NCBI GenBank assembly: GCA_049999805.1
Contig: JBNGIO010006342.1
Location: 427,436 to 462,448, forward strand
DNA from: Folioceros fuciformis
Lineage: Eukaryota
DNA length: 35,013 nt
Direction of reading: 5' to 3'
Both the position numbers and the translations under genes were made by a program. Of the stretch, positions 23,146 to 33,334 are shown piece after piece; positions within the stretch are counted from its first letter, which is position 1, and each line of letters starts with the position of its first letter. The notes under the pieces are model-generated. The model worked only from the letters and a program-made list of their open reading frames with translations, ran no database searches and was not told the DNA's origin.

Positions 23146-25154
23146 ATGGGGGTTGATGGCATATTTTTCACTGACATCCCATTTGAACTGGTAGACGAAG
23201 AGGAAATGGCAGCAATAGAGGCTGCCTTCTTACAGGTTCCTGTGGCTCGCCATGTGCCTGCTGCCGTGTATCCAGAGGAGGGCCCATTGTTGGCTTCCTC
23301 GTCCGCTTCAGGTTTCGTTCCAATATCTCAACACCTTCCCCTTTTTTGTGGTCCTACTCCAGACCGCAAGCCAATTCTGCGCAAGTGTTCGAGAACAGTT
23401 GCTGCTGATGGGGCGAATTGTACATTTTCCTCACGTTCCAGGGAAGGGCATGAGGAATCATCCGCCATCGATATACAGTCAGCCGTTGATGACCTTTCTG
23501 GATCCAACTCCGCTACCATGGGTGTTGCTGTTGTCGGAAGCTTGACAGCAGCAAATGGAAGTGTTGGGGATATAGAAGATGTCTTCCCGAAGGCCAAGAC
23601 TGTAGACAATGAAGATTCTGAGAGAGTGAGGGTGGCAAAAGTTCTCCGAAGGCGATTGGAAAGTGGTCTGGCAGTCACTGACTTCACCGCATTGGTATGC
23701 CGATGTCCCTTTCGCGTGTTTGTCTTGTGGGGTCCTAGAGTCCCGTACTCTTGTGATGTTGCTAGTGCTCTAATGTCAAACATGTCTCCCTTCCATATTT
23801 TGTAGGAATGGTGTGAGAAGCAGGTGGAATTCTCCTTTACCAGAGGCAAACCAGTGCAAACTGCTGCCATGAAAGCAGGATCAGCTCGTCACACAGAGCT
23901 GGAGCTCGAGGTGAGCCATTGCCTCAAAGGTCCAGGGCAGATACGGTTGCGGAAATGGCTCGTATCCATGGTGACTTTGTTGCCTGTCCATCATGTAGGT
24001 GGTCACGAAAGTGGCGATGACAACAGAGACGAAGGAAGATGCGTATGCAGTGCGATTATTGAACTTCCTGGTCGGGGCTCAACAGCTAATCTTAGAAGGC
24101 TTGACCCGTGAACTTCCTGTGTAGGTTTTGTCTCCATTTCATCACGGCACATGTACCTGAAAAGCTTGATGAAGGATGCCTTGAAGAAGGTGCCAACTCA
24201 GAAAAGCGATGCCCAGGACGGGCATGTCTGCTGTATCGGGCATGTTCGGTGTTGCCTAACTTGAATCATTCTTGCAGGATGGGCCTGATAGAAGACATTT
24301 GGGTGGTGGGGATTATCGATGAGTTACGGTTATGTGAGAGAAATGGTACCTTCCGTCCATTGATAGTAGACACGAAGACTCGAGTGAGACCCACAACTCC
24401 GGCCGATCCTCAAAAGCGGAATGGGAGGTATGATGAGAGTTGGTTAACGTTCATTTCTTGCGGAGATGGCTGCTTGGGCATTGTCAGATCGCTGACTTTC
24501 ATTTTGATGGCATCCACGGTCTTGCAGAATGCAGCTGATGCTCTACAAATTCTTGTGGGACCAAATGGTGTCGTCTCCCTTTCCAGATGACTCATTCATG
24601 GAGTTCTTTGGGTTAGATAGGAATCAACGCCTGTCACCTGATGTTCAAATCCTGGCGCAAACGACTGTGGGTTATGAGGTCTCTGTAAGTAGTGTATGCG
24701 ATTTCCTTCTGTGTGCTCTACTTGTTGTGCTCAGTAAATAAGCAGGTCCCTAACACCTCACCCTTGTGGCCTTCAGCAGATCGAGACTCTAGATGATTTT
24801 TTGAGGTCGTTCAAAGACGCATTGAATGCCTTCGGCATATCACACGACACTCTTTTGTTGCGGTAGGTAACCAGCCCATGTCGGTGCCAATTCGTGTCAT
24901 GGCCGTTTCCCCACGTACATCGTCTGCGCCTACTGATCCTCTACCATGACAGGTATGAATGGCAAGCTGACCGGTCTTTGATTGCGGAAGACGAGTTCTA
25001 CTACCAGCAAGAGTGGTTGAAAGAGCAGTTAAGCTGGCAATTGCACTATTACAGAGGTGCGAGGGAAGCTGGCTTTGTCCCTAAAGATGAACTATGGAAA
25101 TGCCGCTTCTGTACCTTCACTAACGTATGCCCGCAATTCAACAATGGATTGTGA
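23146..25154 (+). CDS. EXO5: Exonuclease V (Exo5/Dem1 family, Fe-S), 7 exons, about 454 aa
   Basis: Exons: 23146-23694, 23806-23910, 23999-24120, 24278-24427, 24528-24678, 24777(or 24780)-24862, 24953-25154. Motifs: IPFELVDEEEMAAIEAA, LAVTDFTALEWCEKQ, MKAGSARHTELE, GLTRELPV, VGIIDEL, LIVDTKTR, QLMLYK and WKCRFC-x5-C. Confidence 0.92.
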
Positions 25155-25397
25155 CTCTCGTCCCTCCGAACTTCGTCACACTGTTTGCACTGTTTCCGTC
25201 AGTTCTCCAGACTTCCAGCGTAGCCTGAATCGCCACCGGAGATACCCAGTTGTGTATGCTGTCTGACACTCCAGCCCCACCATTAGTGCCTTGTGGGGAG
25301 AATTAGGTTGCCGGTTACTGCATGTCCTGTCCGTGGTTGTGCGTTAGGGACGGTTCAGGCGAGGCCAGGAAGAGCGCGGAAGTAGCGGAAGTGAGAC

Positions 25398-26407
25398 ATG
25401 TTGGGATGCGTCAGCCGCTTTTCCACGTCCTGCTACCACTACCGAGCTCTAGCCGCTCCCTGCACAGGTTTGTCTCCACAATGGGCAGAGAAGTTTGAGA
25501 TTTTGTGCTTGTACCGCCTTAGTCTTCGCCGCTTCACAGTGTTGCATCCCTAGAATTGGGTCTGCATTCTGCAGCAGACTGCAACTCTCTACTGACTGAA
25601 CTGTGTCCCCTAGCTTCAGGACAGGGCAGGGTGCCAAGGTTGAGTTGGTGTAGCAAACCTTCGTCGCAGAACGCTATCAGGGTTGCCATAGACCTGGTAA
25701 ACCCTCTCCAGAGACGGACTGCGTCCCTGGCCGCCATGGCCTCAGCAGCTGGCGCGTCCACAACCATAGACCATGTTGTTGTGTTGAAGGTGAAGGAAGG
25801 CACTCCCGCAGAGAAATCCGAGGCCCTGGTTGCAGGGTTGCGAGGCTTGCGGGCGTTAGATGTGGTGTTGGAGTTGACTGCTGGCCCGGTGCTGAAATCC
25901 GTGCCCTCAGGGTTCACTCATGCTCTGCACAGCCGGTACAGAGACAAGGCTGGCTTGGATACGTACCAGGTGCATCCGCAACACAAGGATGTGGTGGCCA
26001 AGTTCGTGTTACCCCTCTCCGACATCATCATAGCCTTCGACTGGGAAACCACCCCGGTCGGATCTCTTCCTGCAGGGGAACTTGGTGTTGTGCGCATTGT
26101 GCTCCTCAAGCCTAAGAAGGGGTTCACCGCAAAAGACTATGCCCCTGTTCTCGAGGCGGTCAGCAAGTTGAAAGCATCGTTCCCAGCCCTCGTCTCCGAA
26201 CTCAGCACTGGCTCCAATTTCTCAACTCGTGCGCAAGGCTACGAGTGGGGATTTCTCTTGAAATTCCGCTCGGTCATGGCCTTGGAAGAGTTCAGTTCCC
26301 ATCCCATTCAGCTGCAAGTGGTGGAGGAGGAACTGAAGCCCCTTGTTGAAAGCGTGCTGGTGCTGGATCTAGCCCGAGATTCCGAGAAGGATGTAGCAAA
26401 GTTGTGA
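25398..26407 (+). CDS. Stress-responsive A/B barrel (two Dabb domains), UP3-like, with C-terminal PTS1 (AKL)
   Basis: Core from ATG 25736: IDHVVVLKVK, FTHALHSRY, YQVHPQH, GSNFSTRAQGYEWGFLLKF, ending -AKL*. Candidate upstream exon 25398-25467 spliced (GT at 25468, CAG ending 25574) in frame gives 300 aa. The core is well supported; the upstream exon is less certain. Confidence 0.85.
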
Positions 26408-26660
26408 GTGAGCACTTGCAGCCTTCTGCTTCACTCGGAACCTTTGCTTGTAGATCTTTTATCTTTCAATTCGCAAGCAATTCCCTTTCCTTAGTCTTCG
26501 GCGAAGAGGGTGACGGGACCTTGTCCTCCTCCTTCCTGGATGGTCCTTTAGTTGTCAATCATTCATCCTTAGACGTCGCCTTCGTAGGCTACTCGGCTAT
26601 GATAAACCCGTACGCAACCCCTTGCACTGACTTGGGGCAATCCGCCTTGAAATTGATTAG

Positions 26661-26820
26661 GGTAGGGGCCGCGCGTACGCGAGCCCCCGCTACCACAAAT
26701 TATGACGTCTATTCTACCCGTAGGTAGATAGTGGGGCAGACCCGGCCGTAGTGCAATGGCGGAGTCCACCCCAGGTCATCGGCCTCCTTGATCACCGATA
26801 GGCCCCGCCCAGGTAAGTAT
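26661..26820 (-). ncRNA. U1: U1 spliceosomal snRNA, about 160 nt
   Basis: Minus strand begins ATACTTACCTGG. SL1 loop GATCAAGGAG (U1-70K site), SL2 loop ATTGCACTAC (U1A site), Sm site AATTTGTGG (26701-26693), terminal stem GGGGGCTCGCG-TACG-CGCGGCCCC. Confidence 0.97.
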
Positions 26821-26842
26821 GGAGCTCTTCCTCCTCTGGGGG

Positions 26843-26890
26843 TAATATACCATCTTGTTGGACACCACGACAACGTGAGCAATATGGGTT
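26843..26890 (-). promoter_or_regulatory. snRNA-type promoter: USE-like element plus TATA-like box
   Basis: AACCCATATTG at -70..-60 (angiosperm consensus RTCCCACATCG) and TATATTA at -29..-23 relative to the U1 start. Confidence 0.65.
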
Positions 26891-27786
26891 TATTAGAGAC
26901 AAAGAACTTCAAGTGCGCGCACGACTTCCAGACACCCCTGAAGGAAACTAATGCTAACAGACAAAGGAGCCCTTGTTTGTCCCCGAGTGTCCGAGTCAGT
27001 TATGTACCGCCCGGTACGCCAGTTATGATGCTTGAAATTTTGTCCCAATTAAATTACGGCCCAGGTTTGCGGGTTCGAATGGACCTGCGGATTTGAGCTC
27101 GCTACTTTTTCTTATCAAAAAATCAAACTGGTTCCTCAATGTAAGGAGGACGGGCAGCGTGCGCGAATTCTCACATGCTTGATCTACTTACTCCCCATAA
27201 ATATTAGTGCCTCTTCCGCCCGATTAAAAGGTGGTCGTCATCTTATAATAAGAAGAATGAGAACTTAACAGGTCTATTATAAATGTTCATTAAAATACTA
27301 ACTCTATATGTTAGTAGATTGCATTCTAGGTGTCATGGGTAGTTTGGGAATTGCCTCCTATGAAGGCTAGACTCCAAATTCTGGGACCCTTGGTGGGTTC
27401 TTCCTCCTGGATTTGGGGCAGATGAATTTTTTTTTTTCATTTATGTAGTTAAGTGAAATCAAGGAGAATCCACAAAGAGGTCACTTGACCTATTCTCTAC
27501 TTTGCAATCACAACATGGGTTGGATGTAGGGAGCATATTTATAGTAGACATTAGTAGGCAAGTTAATGACACTAAGAATATAACAATATATCTATGTATG
27601 TATAATTCTTCACTTAATGCATGTACATCATCATTCCAAACTATACCAAGTACAAGACTTCAACTGCATAAGAATATTATTATCACTAAATAAATACAAA
27701 TAATACTAAAATCATAACATGTAGAAACCACACAATATATAAACAATGTACTCAATTCTTAAAAAAAAGTAGTGCCCAACATGTGA

Positions 27787-28251
27787 TCATTGCACAACTT
27801 GGTAGGTAGCATAATGAAAAATGCAGCCAAATAGAGCAATTGAATGATCACTAGGCCTCACGCAGTTGGCTCTAGAAGGAGAAAAAACATAATCCCTAAT
27901 TATGGTTTGTAGGCACGTATGACATTGGTTTGAATTCACCAAATTTGGCTCCAAGTAGGAACACAAGGCGGAATAGTAGAGCACGTTGTCATCACCTGGA
28001 TTAGGATTAGGACCAACCACTTGTCCAAGTCCCGCTGAACCATACTCTTTTGAGAACATTGGAGGATAAGACTCCAATGCTTTGGTTGTGAGCCTTTTAA
28101 GCGCGTCATCCCATGTTGGGGGGAGTTGCTCTTCCATGCATATTTCTTGCACGAATTTGGTGATGGGCGTTTGTGCTTCACTCACATTGATAGAAGCTGC
28201 ACAGAAAGCAAGAAAGAGCAGGACACAGAGGGTGCAATTTTCTAAGCCCAT
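27787..28251 (-). CDS. Secreted cysteine-rich protein, single DUF26/ginkbilobin-2-like domain, 154 aa, intronless
   Basis: Signal peptide MGLENCTLCVLLFLAFCAASINVSEA. An N-terminal Cys is followed by LYYSALC-x12-CHTCL, a further Cys and GCIFHY near the end, which is the DUF26 cysteine topology. Confidence 0.7.
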   Translation of the reverse strand: MGLENCTLCVLLFLAFCAASINVSEAQTPITKFVQEICMEEQLPPTWDDALKRLTTKALESYPPMFSKEYGSAGLGQVVGPNPNPGDDNVLYYSALCSYLEPNLVNSNQCHTCLQTIIRDYVFSPSRANCVRPSDHSIALFGCIFHYATYQVVQ

Positions 28252-28717
28252 GTTGGATGAAGGTGGAGTAGAGTAAGCCCTTTGTAAGGATGAGTGATGT
28301 TGGGCAAATAGTACTAGTGGAATGTATTGTGGCGGGTTCTCAATTGCTAGAGGTATGTTGAGTATGATGTGTGGTATATATACAGAATGGTGCAAAGTTC
28401 GGTAGTTGCTTTGAGTGTTTTGTTGGAGTGTTGGAACTATTGGATCAGCTACTTTTGGGTACAATAACCTTGCAGAGAATATGTAGTCAAGAAGTTGACG
28501 GTACTCACATCACACATATTAAGGACAGATGGAAGGAAGGGAGGAAGGTGATTGGAGGTGCTCCATTGACCCAGCAAGTCATGGGCTGTTCAACTAATTT
28601 TTTTTTGGGAAATTAAACATGGGTTAGTGAGATTAGAAGAATCATGTCTCCCTTGACTTTTGACTCTATCATGTATGATATTTTGAAGCAGAACGTATTG
28701 TAGATTTGCATGATCTT

Positions 28718-28755
28718 GTGCATGTGCATGGGCATGTGCATGGGCATGTGCATGT
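28718..28755. repeat. GCATG(T/G) hexamer repeat, about 6 copies
   Basis: GTGCATGTGCATGGGCATGTGCATGGGCATGTGCATGT. Confidence 0.8.
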
Positions 28756-31700
28756 TGGTGTAGATAAGGAGGAAAATAAATGATCCCAGTTTGATGAGAG
28801 GAGAGTGGAGTGAGTGGATAGCATGTGTGGATGGGATATTTTGCTCGGGTAGTACTATATTATTGAAGATGCCATTCAAATCATTGGAGGAATATTTTTT
28901 TTGTGTGAAGTAAAGAGGAAGGAAGGAAGGAAGGAAGGCAGATGCATCCGTAGGAGTGGAAGTGGAAGTGGTGTGGAAGTGGGAGGACAAATTTGCTTTT
29001 CTCAAAGTATCCAAAAAGGACAAAATAGTTGGGTGATTGGAGGAGGATGGGGGTCAAGTGGATGGTGGAAGATCCAGTGTGGGATAGAGAAGGCGAGAGA
29101 GGTGGAAGTGTGTGGACTCGAGCTTGGGGCAGGACCTCCAAGGGGAGGACGAGCAGCAATGAGCAGGACCTCATAATTTCTGGGCCCATGAGGCCACGAT
29201 TTTGTATGGGCTGGAAATGATAAGGTTGGAATAGTTTAAGGGCAGGAAATGGTGGCAATCAACGGGACGGAACGGGCGGGCCCGGGTGTTTGAAAGCAGC
29301 AAGCAACGGGCGCGAGAACCGAGCCCACCCGGCTCGGTGGCCCAGCCCCGTTGCCACTTTTCTATTCTCCGGTTTTGCATTTGGTGTCAGTATTTCCCCG
29401 CTTCCCAACAACGCAAAAAAGCAGGCCAGAAAACCGAGCTTGCTTCTTCCATTTTCCAGCCGCGTCTGCCGTGCCGTATGATTTTATGCTTTTGCAGGGC
29501 GGGTGGTGTGGCCAAGTGTAACGCTATTTTTGGGGTTGCGCACTCGCAAGGCTGCAGAGCAGGGCAGAGGGCACAACGGTGTGCACTGTACATACAATAT
29601 GTCTGGAGTCTGGGAGTGAGTGTGGACTAGCCTGGCCTGGCCTAGCCTGGCCTGACCCCCGGGACCTGGGCACTTGGAAATTGGGCCTTGCACACGATTG
29701 TACCCCCAGTATCAGTACCAGTTACCAGTAGCGTCCACGCAGAGCGCTTTGGCAGTTGGCAATTTCCAGAATCTTTCTAACATTAGCTCCTGTAGACTGT
29801 CAGTCCACATCTTCAGCGTTGGAGGAGCACGGTCAGTCATCAATGGGGCTCGCCTCTTGGAGAAAGTTTGCTGTAGAGTAGTTCAAACCCGGAGATCGTC
29901 CAGCGGGTGCAGTTCCAATGCAGACATTGAGCAACTTTTGAGGCGAGAGAGAGATACAGTACATGGGATGCACCTCACGGTTGTGGGTAGATACAACAGT
30001 GTGTACTAGTATGTATGTAACCCTGCATGCCCATGTTGTCAGACGGAAGGCTGTGGTCACCTGTGTTGTCGTGTCTTGAGTTGTGTGGGCGGAGAGAGGT
30101 GAGTGTGAGAGTAAACCTTGTGTTTTGGTCGCCCTTGATACAGGCAGCTTGCCTCATTTGTCCGTCCCTCTTTGCAGATAATTCTGAACCGCGCACCCCC
30201 TTTTGCAGGGTCTTGTCACTTGCCACCCGGTGGATTTGCTTACAGAATCCCGACATGTGCACAGTCTTCACTCTCGGAACCATGCGTCTCTGACTCTGGT
30301 TTGGAGCCACATAAGCATACAAAGACCCTGCCGGAGATGGTGTCCCCGGCTCTTTCTCCCTTTCCGAGGCTCTCGGCACTTGTCTTCCGTAGCAGATTTG
30401 ATTTGCCGAGAGAAGCCCGACATGTGCTCGTGCTACATACTACAATATGCTCTTCCGGTCTTTGGCATGACATCACCATCCGTAAGCATGTGTCACCGTG
30501 CACAACTACATATTGAATGTACATACCTTTGTTGCTTTTGAGCAAGCTGAGCCGATTCGCAGCCAAACCAGCCCATACCACTGGTGGCAATTTTTAGCCA
30601 TTGGCGTTGTCTGTGGTTTCAGATACGCTTTGACCGGACCCCACACACGCATGCCCTCACAAGTGATAGCTACAGCATAATATAACAAGCTGCGGAATAG
30701 ACAGAACAGATGAACACAGCACTGTTTAGGAAGAACACAGGCCGAATTCTGCAAACTGCGAAAACGTCCTGTCCACCTGCAATCCTACAAATAAAAATCT
30801 CCCGGGACACACGTTGAAAAGCAGTTTGAGACAAGCGGGGACACGGGCATGCTCCTACTGCCGGTGCCTGCTGCAGCAGTGCTGCTGCCACACACACACA
30901 CACACACTCACACTCACCGCAATACAGGATACATACATGCACCCCGCAAACCCTAAAGCCTCAAATCCTGCAACCACCTCCTCACAAACGACAAGCTCCT
31001 GTAGATGCTCCACGCCAGATCTCAAGTTCAGACCTTCCTTCATTAAACGCTGCTGCCGCCCGTTCCCTTTCCCTTCCCACTGCAGCCGTGATGAGGCTAC
31101 AGGAGCAGGTCACACACACAGCGGGCAGCAGCCGGGACAGAGACATCGCCGGACGAGTCGGCCTCCCCCACGACCCCATCATTCTGAGCAGAGTTTTAGG
31201 CAGACAGGCAGGCAGGCAGCTAATCTCCCTTGCAGCGGACAAATCTCCATCTCCCGGCAACCGACACCGACAAATGAACTCCATCCCGGATTACCCTTGC
31301 ATAAAAAAAACCAGGAAGCACGTCCGGCAAACCTGGCAGCCGAGCTGCCCGATATGGGCCCGTCCGGCGGGCCGCTGTCAGACGCCATTGAATAGCCCTA
31401 ACGCCAGTCTCGCTAGGGAGGCCGCAACCTCTCCCTCGGTGGCTCCCGGATCGAAGGAGCAGGCTGGCGAAAGAGGGCGCAACCCGGGTGCCTGCTGAGA
31501 CAGCCAGCCACGTGAAGCCTCCGCGGCAGCCGCCGAATTTGGAGACACCGCCAGTTAAACTGGGCCCGATACTGGCACGCGCTTGTCTGGGCCGCCGTGT
31601 AAAAGGGGACCCGGTTCGCGGCCGGGGGCTGTTTAACGATCCCGTGTGCGCATGCATACATATATAGGAGGTGGATCGGGCTCAAGTTGCGTGCCTTGAC

Positions 31701-32290
31701 CGGTCAAGGCCTAATTTAAGGGCGTTCCCACTGGGGATTAAATGACGGCGTGACGTAGCCGAGCGCGACGTGGTCGAGTGCCCGGGCCAGCTCCCGGCCG
31801 TTTAAATGCGTATTCGCGTACACGTATCCGACGGCAGCGCGAGCAGATAGGGGACGGGGGGTATTTGTTTTTTTAGTTTTCTTCCTTCCCGGTGGGCGTG
31901 TGACCGGCGGTTGGCGACCGCCAGCCGGGCACGGCCCAATGGAATGCCCCTCATGTCGTCATGCCCCTGGATGTCTGGCCAGGCACGCGGCCGCGGCATG
32001 CTCTGCCCAGGAATAGCGCCCTCAAACTTCAATGCTGCAGGCAGCTCTCTATTAAACTTCCCCAATAGCGTTGCTTGCAGCGGGATGGCGGAACACGAAT
32101 TTGCGGGAGGGAACCCGGAGAGAGAATGAATTTGGCTCCCCGGCGACGTGCAGCGGTAACGGCCTGTCAGGCGTAGCATAAATGTCCTTGTTAAGGCTCG
32201 CTGTTGGGGTTGGGATGCATGTGTGGAGACACATTTCTATGGGGTGGTGGATCACGAGGGATGGGTCCGTGTGGCGTTGAGGAGACGATG

Positions 32291-32372
32291 GTTGGGTTGG
32301 GTTGGGATGGGGTGTGGTGGGCTGGACTGGACTGGACTGGGCTGGGGTTGGCTTGGCTTGCCTTGGCTCGGG
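32291..32372 (+). repeat. G-rich pentamer microsatellite (GTTGG / CTGGA / CTTGG) including a canonical G-quadruplex motif
   Basis: GGGTTGGGTTGGGATGGGG at 32294-32312, followed by CTGGACTGGACTGGACTGG and CTTGG repeats. Confidence 0.7.
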
Positions 32373-33334
32373 TGGTGTTCAGATCATTGGATGGGCTGGG
32401 AATGAATGTACACATGTGGGGGAAAGGAAATATATTATGGGAGTCTGTTGGAACGGAATTCGGGACGAAAGGAAACGAGGATTGACTGCTGCTGTAGATA
32501 CAGTGTGCAAGGTGGGAAGGGAAGTGCATAGGGCAGTGGAGGTTGATGTTGCTGTTGCAGGAGCAGTATATGCAGTGTACGAAGAAGAGAAATAAAGGGG
32601 TACCCGTTGGGGATGGAATTGCGGGGAAAGGGGGATATAAATTTTGTTCCAGCGTAACCACTTGACCTGTGAAGCCCATAAATGTGGAGCGAGCATGACT
32701 CATCAACTCCTGGAACCACTTGTGGTGTACTGTACAGCCAGGGAAGGCGGGCACGAAACGAGCCGGGCCGAGCTCTTGCTTGGAGCAGCTACACGCACAT
32801 GTACAGCTGATGGTATCTATCTATCGGCTACGAATTTGAAGTTCGCTTTTCAAGAGATGGACAGGCAGAAAGGCTGCAAGGTAGACGACGCTGAAGGGGG
32901 AACAGAAAAGTGATAAATTATAACGTTGGTTGGATTCGTTGCTGAAACTCGCCAGCTTGTGGAGGCGGATAATCATGTCCTGATATGACAGTGCGCTTGT
33001 AGGTAGTGTACAAAGGTTTAGCAGTAGCTAGCACAATCCTAGCAAGCTCAAGGGTGGTACTGATACAGACAGAATTGTGGTGCAGAGGTCATCACACAGC
33101 AGAGCAGGAATGGCCTGTGTCACACGATGCGGCTGGAGAACGAAAACTGAACTGTTGTGCTCACAATGTCTTGCCAGAAATAAGCAGCATGGAATAGCAT
33201 AATATCTACAAGTACTCCTCTGAATGATCCTGTTCGCTGGCTGGATGCTGGAGAGTGAAGACCTGAGTTTGATTCAACACCCTGAACAGACATGAATGTG
33301 AAAGATGTGAAGTGGAGAAGGTTTAAGGACGGTG

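Noticed and set aside
26709..26912. Ankyrin-like peptide IKEADDLGWTPPLHY on the minus strand
   Set aside because: It is a translation of the U1 snRNA sequence.
28252..28464. 71-aa upstream extension of the DUF26-like ORF
   Set aside because: Non-ATG start; the ATG at 28251 directly begins a signal peptide.
31088..31187. Box C (GTGATGA) and box D (CTGA) pair suggesting a C/D snoRNA
   Set aside because: I could not match a guide segment to rRNA or snRNA, and such short boxes occur by chance.
32001..32020. Partial similarity to miR390 / TAS3 target site
   Set aside because: Only the miRNA 3' half matches; the seed side does not, and there is no second site or hairpin.
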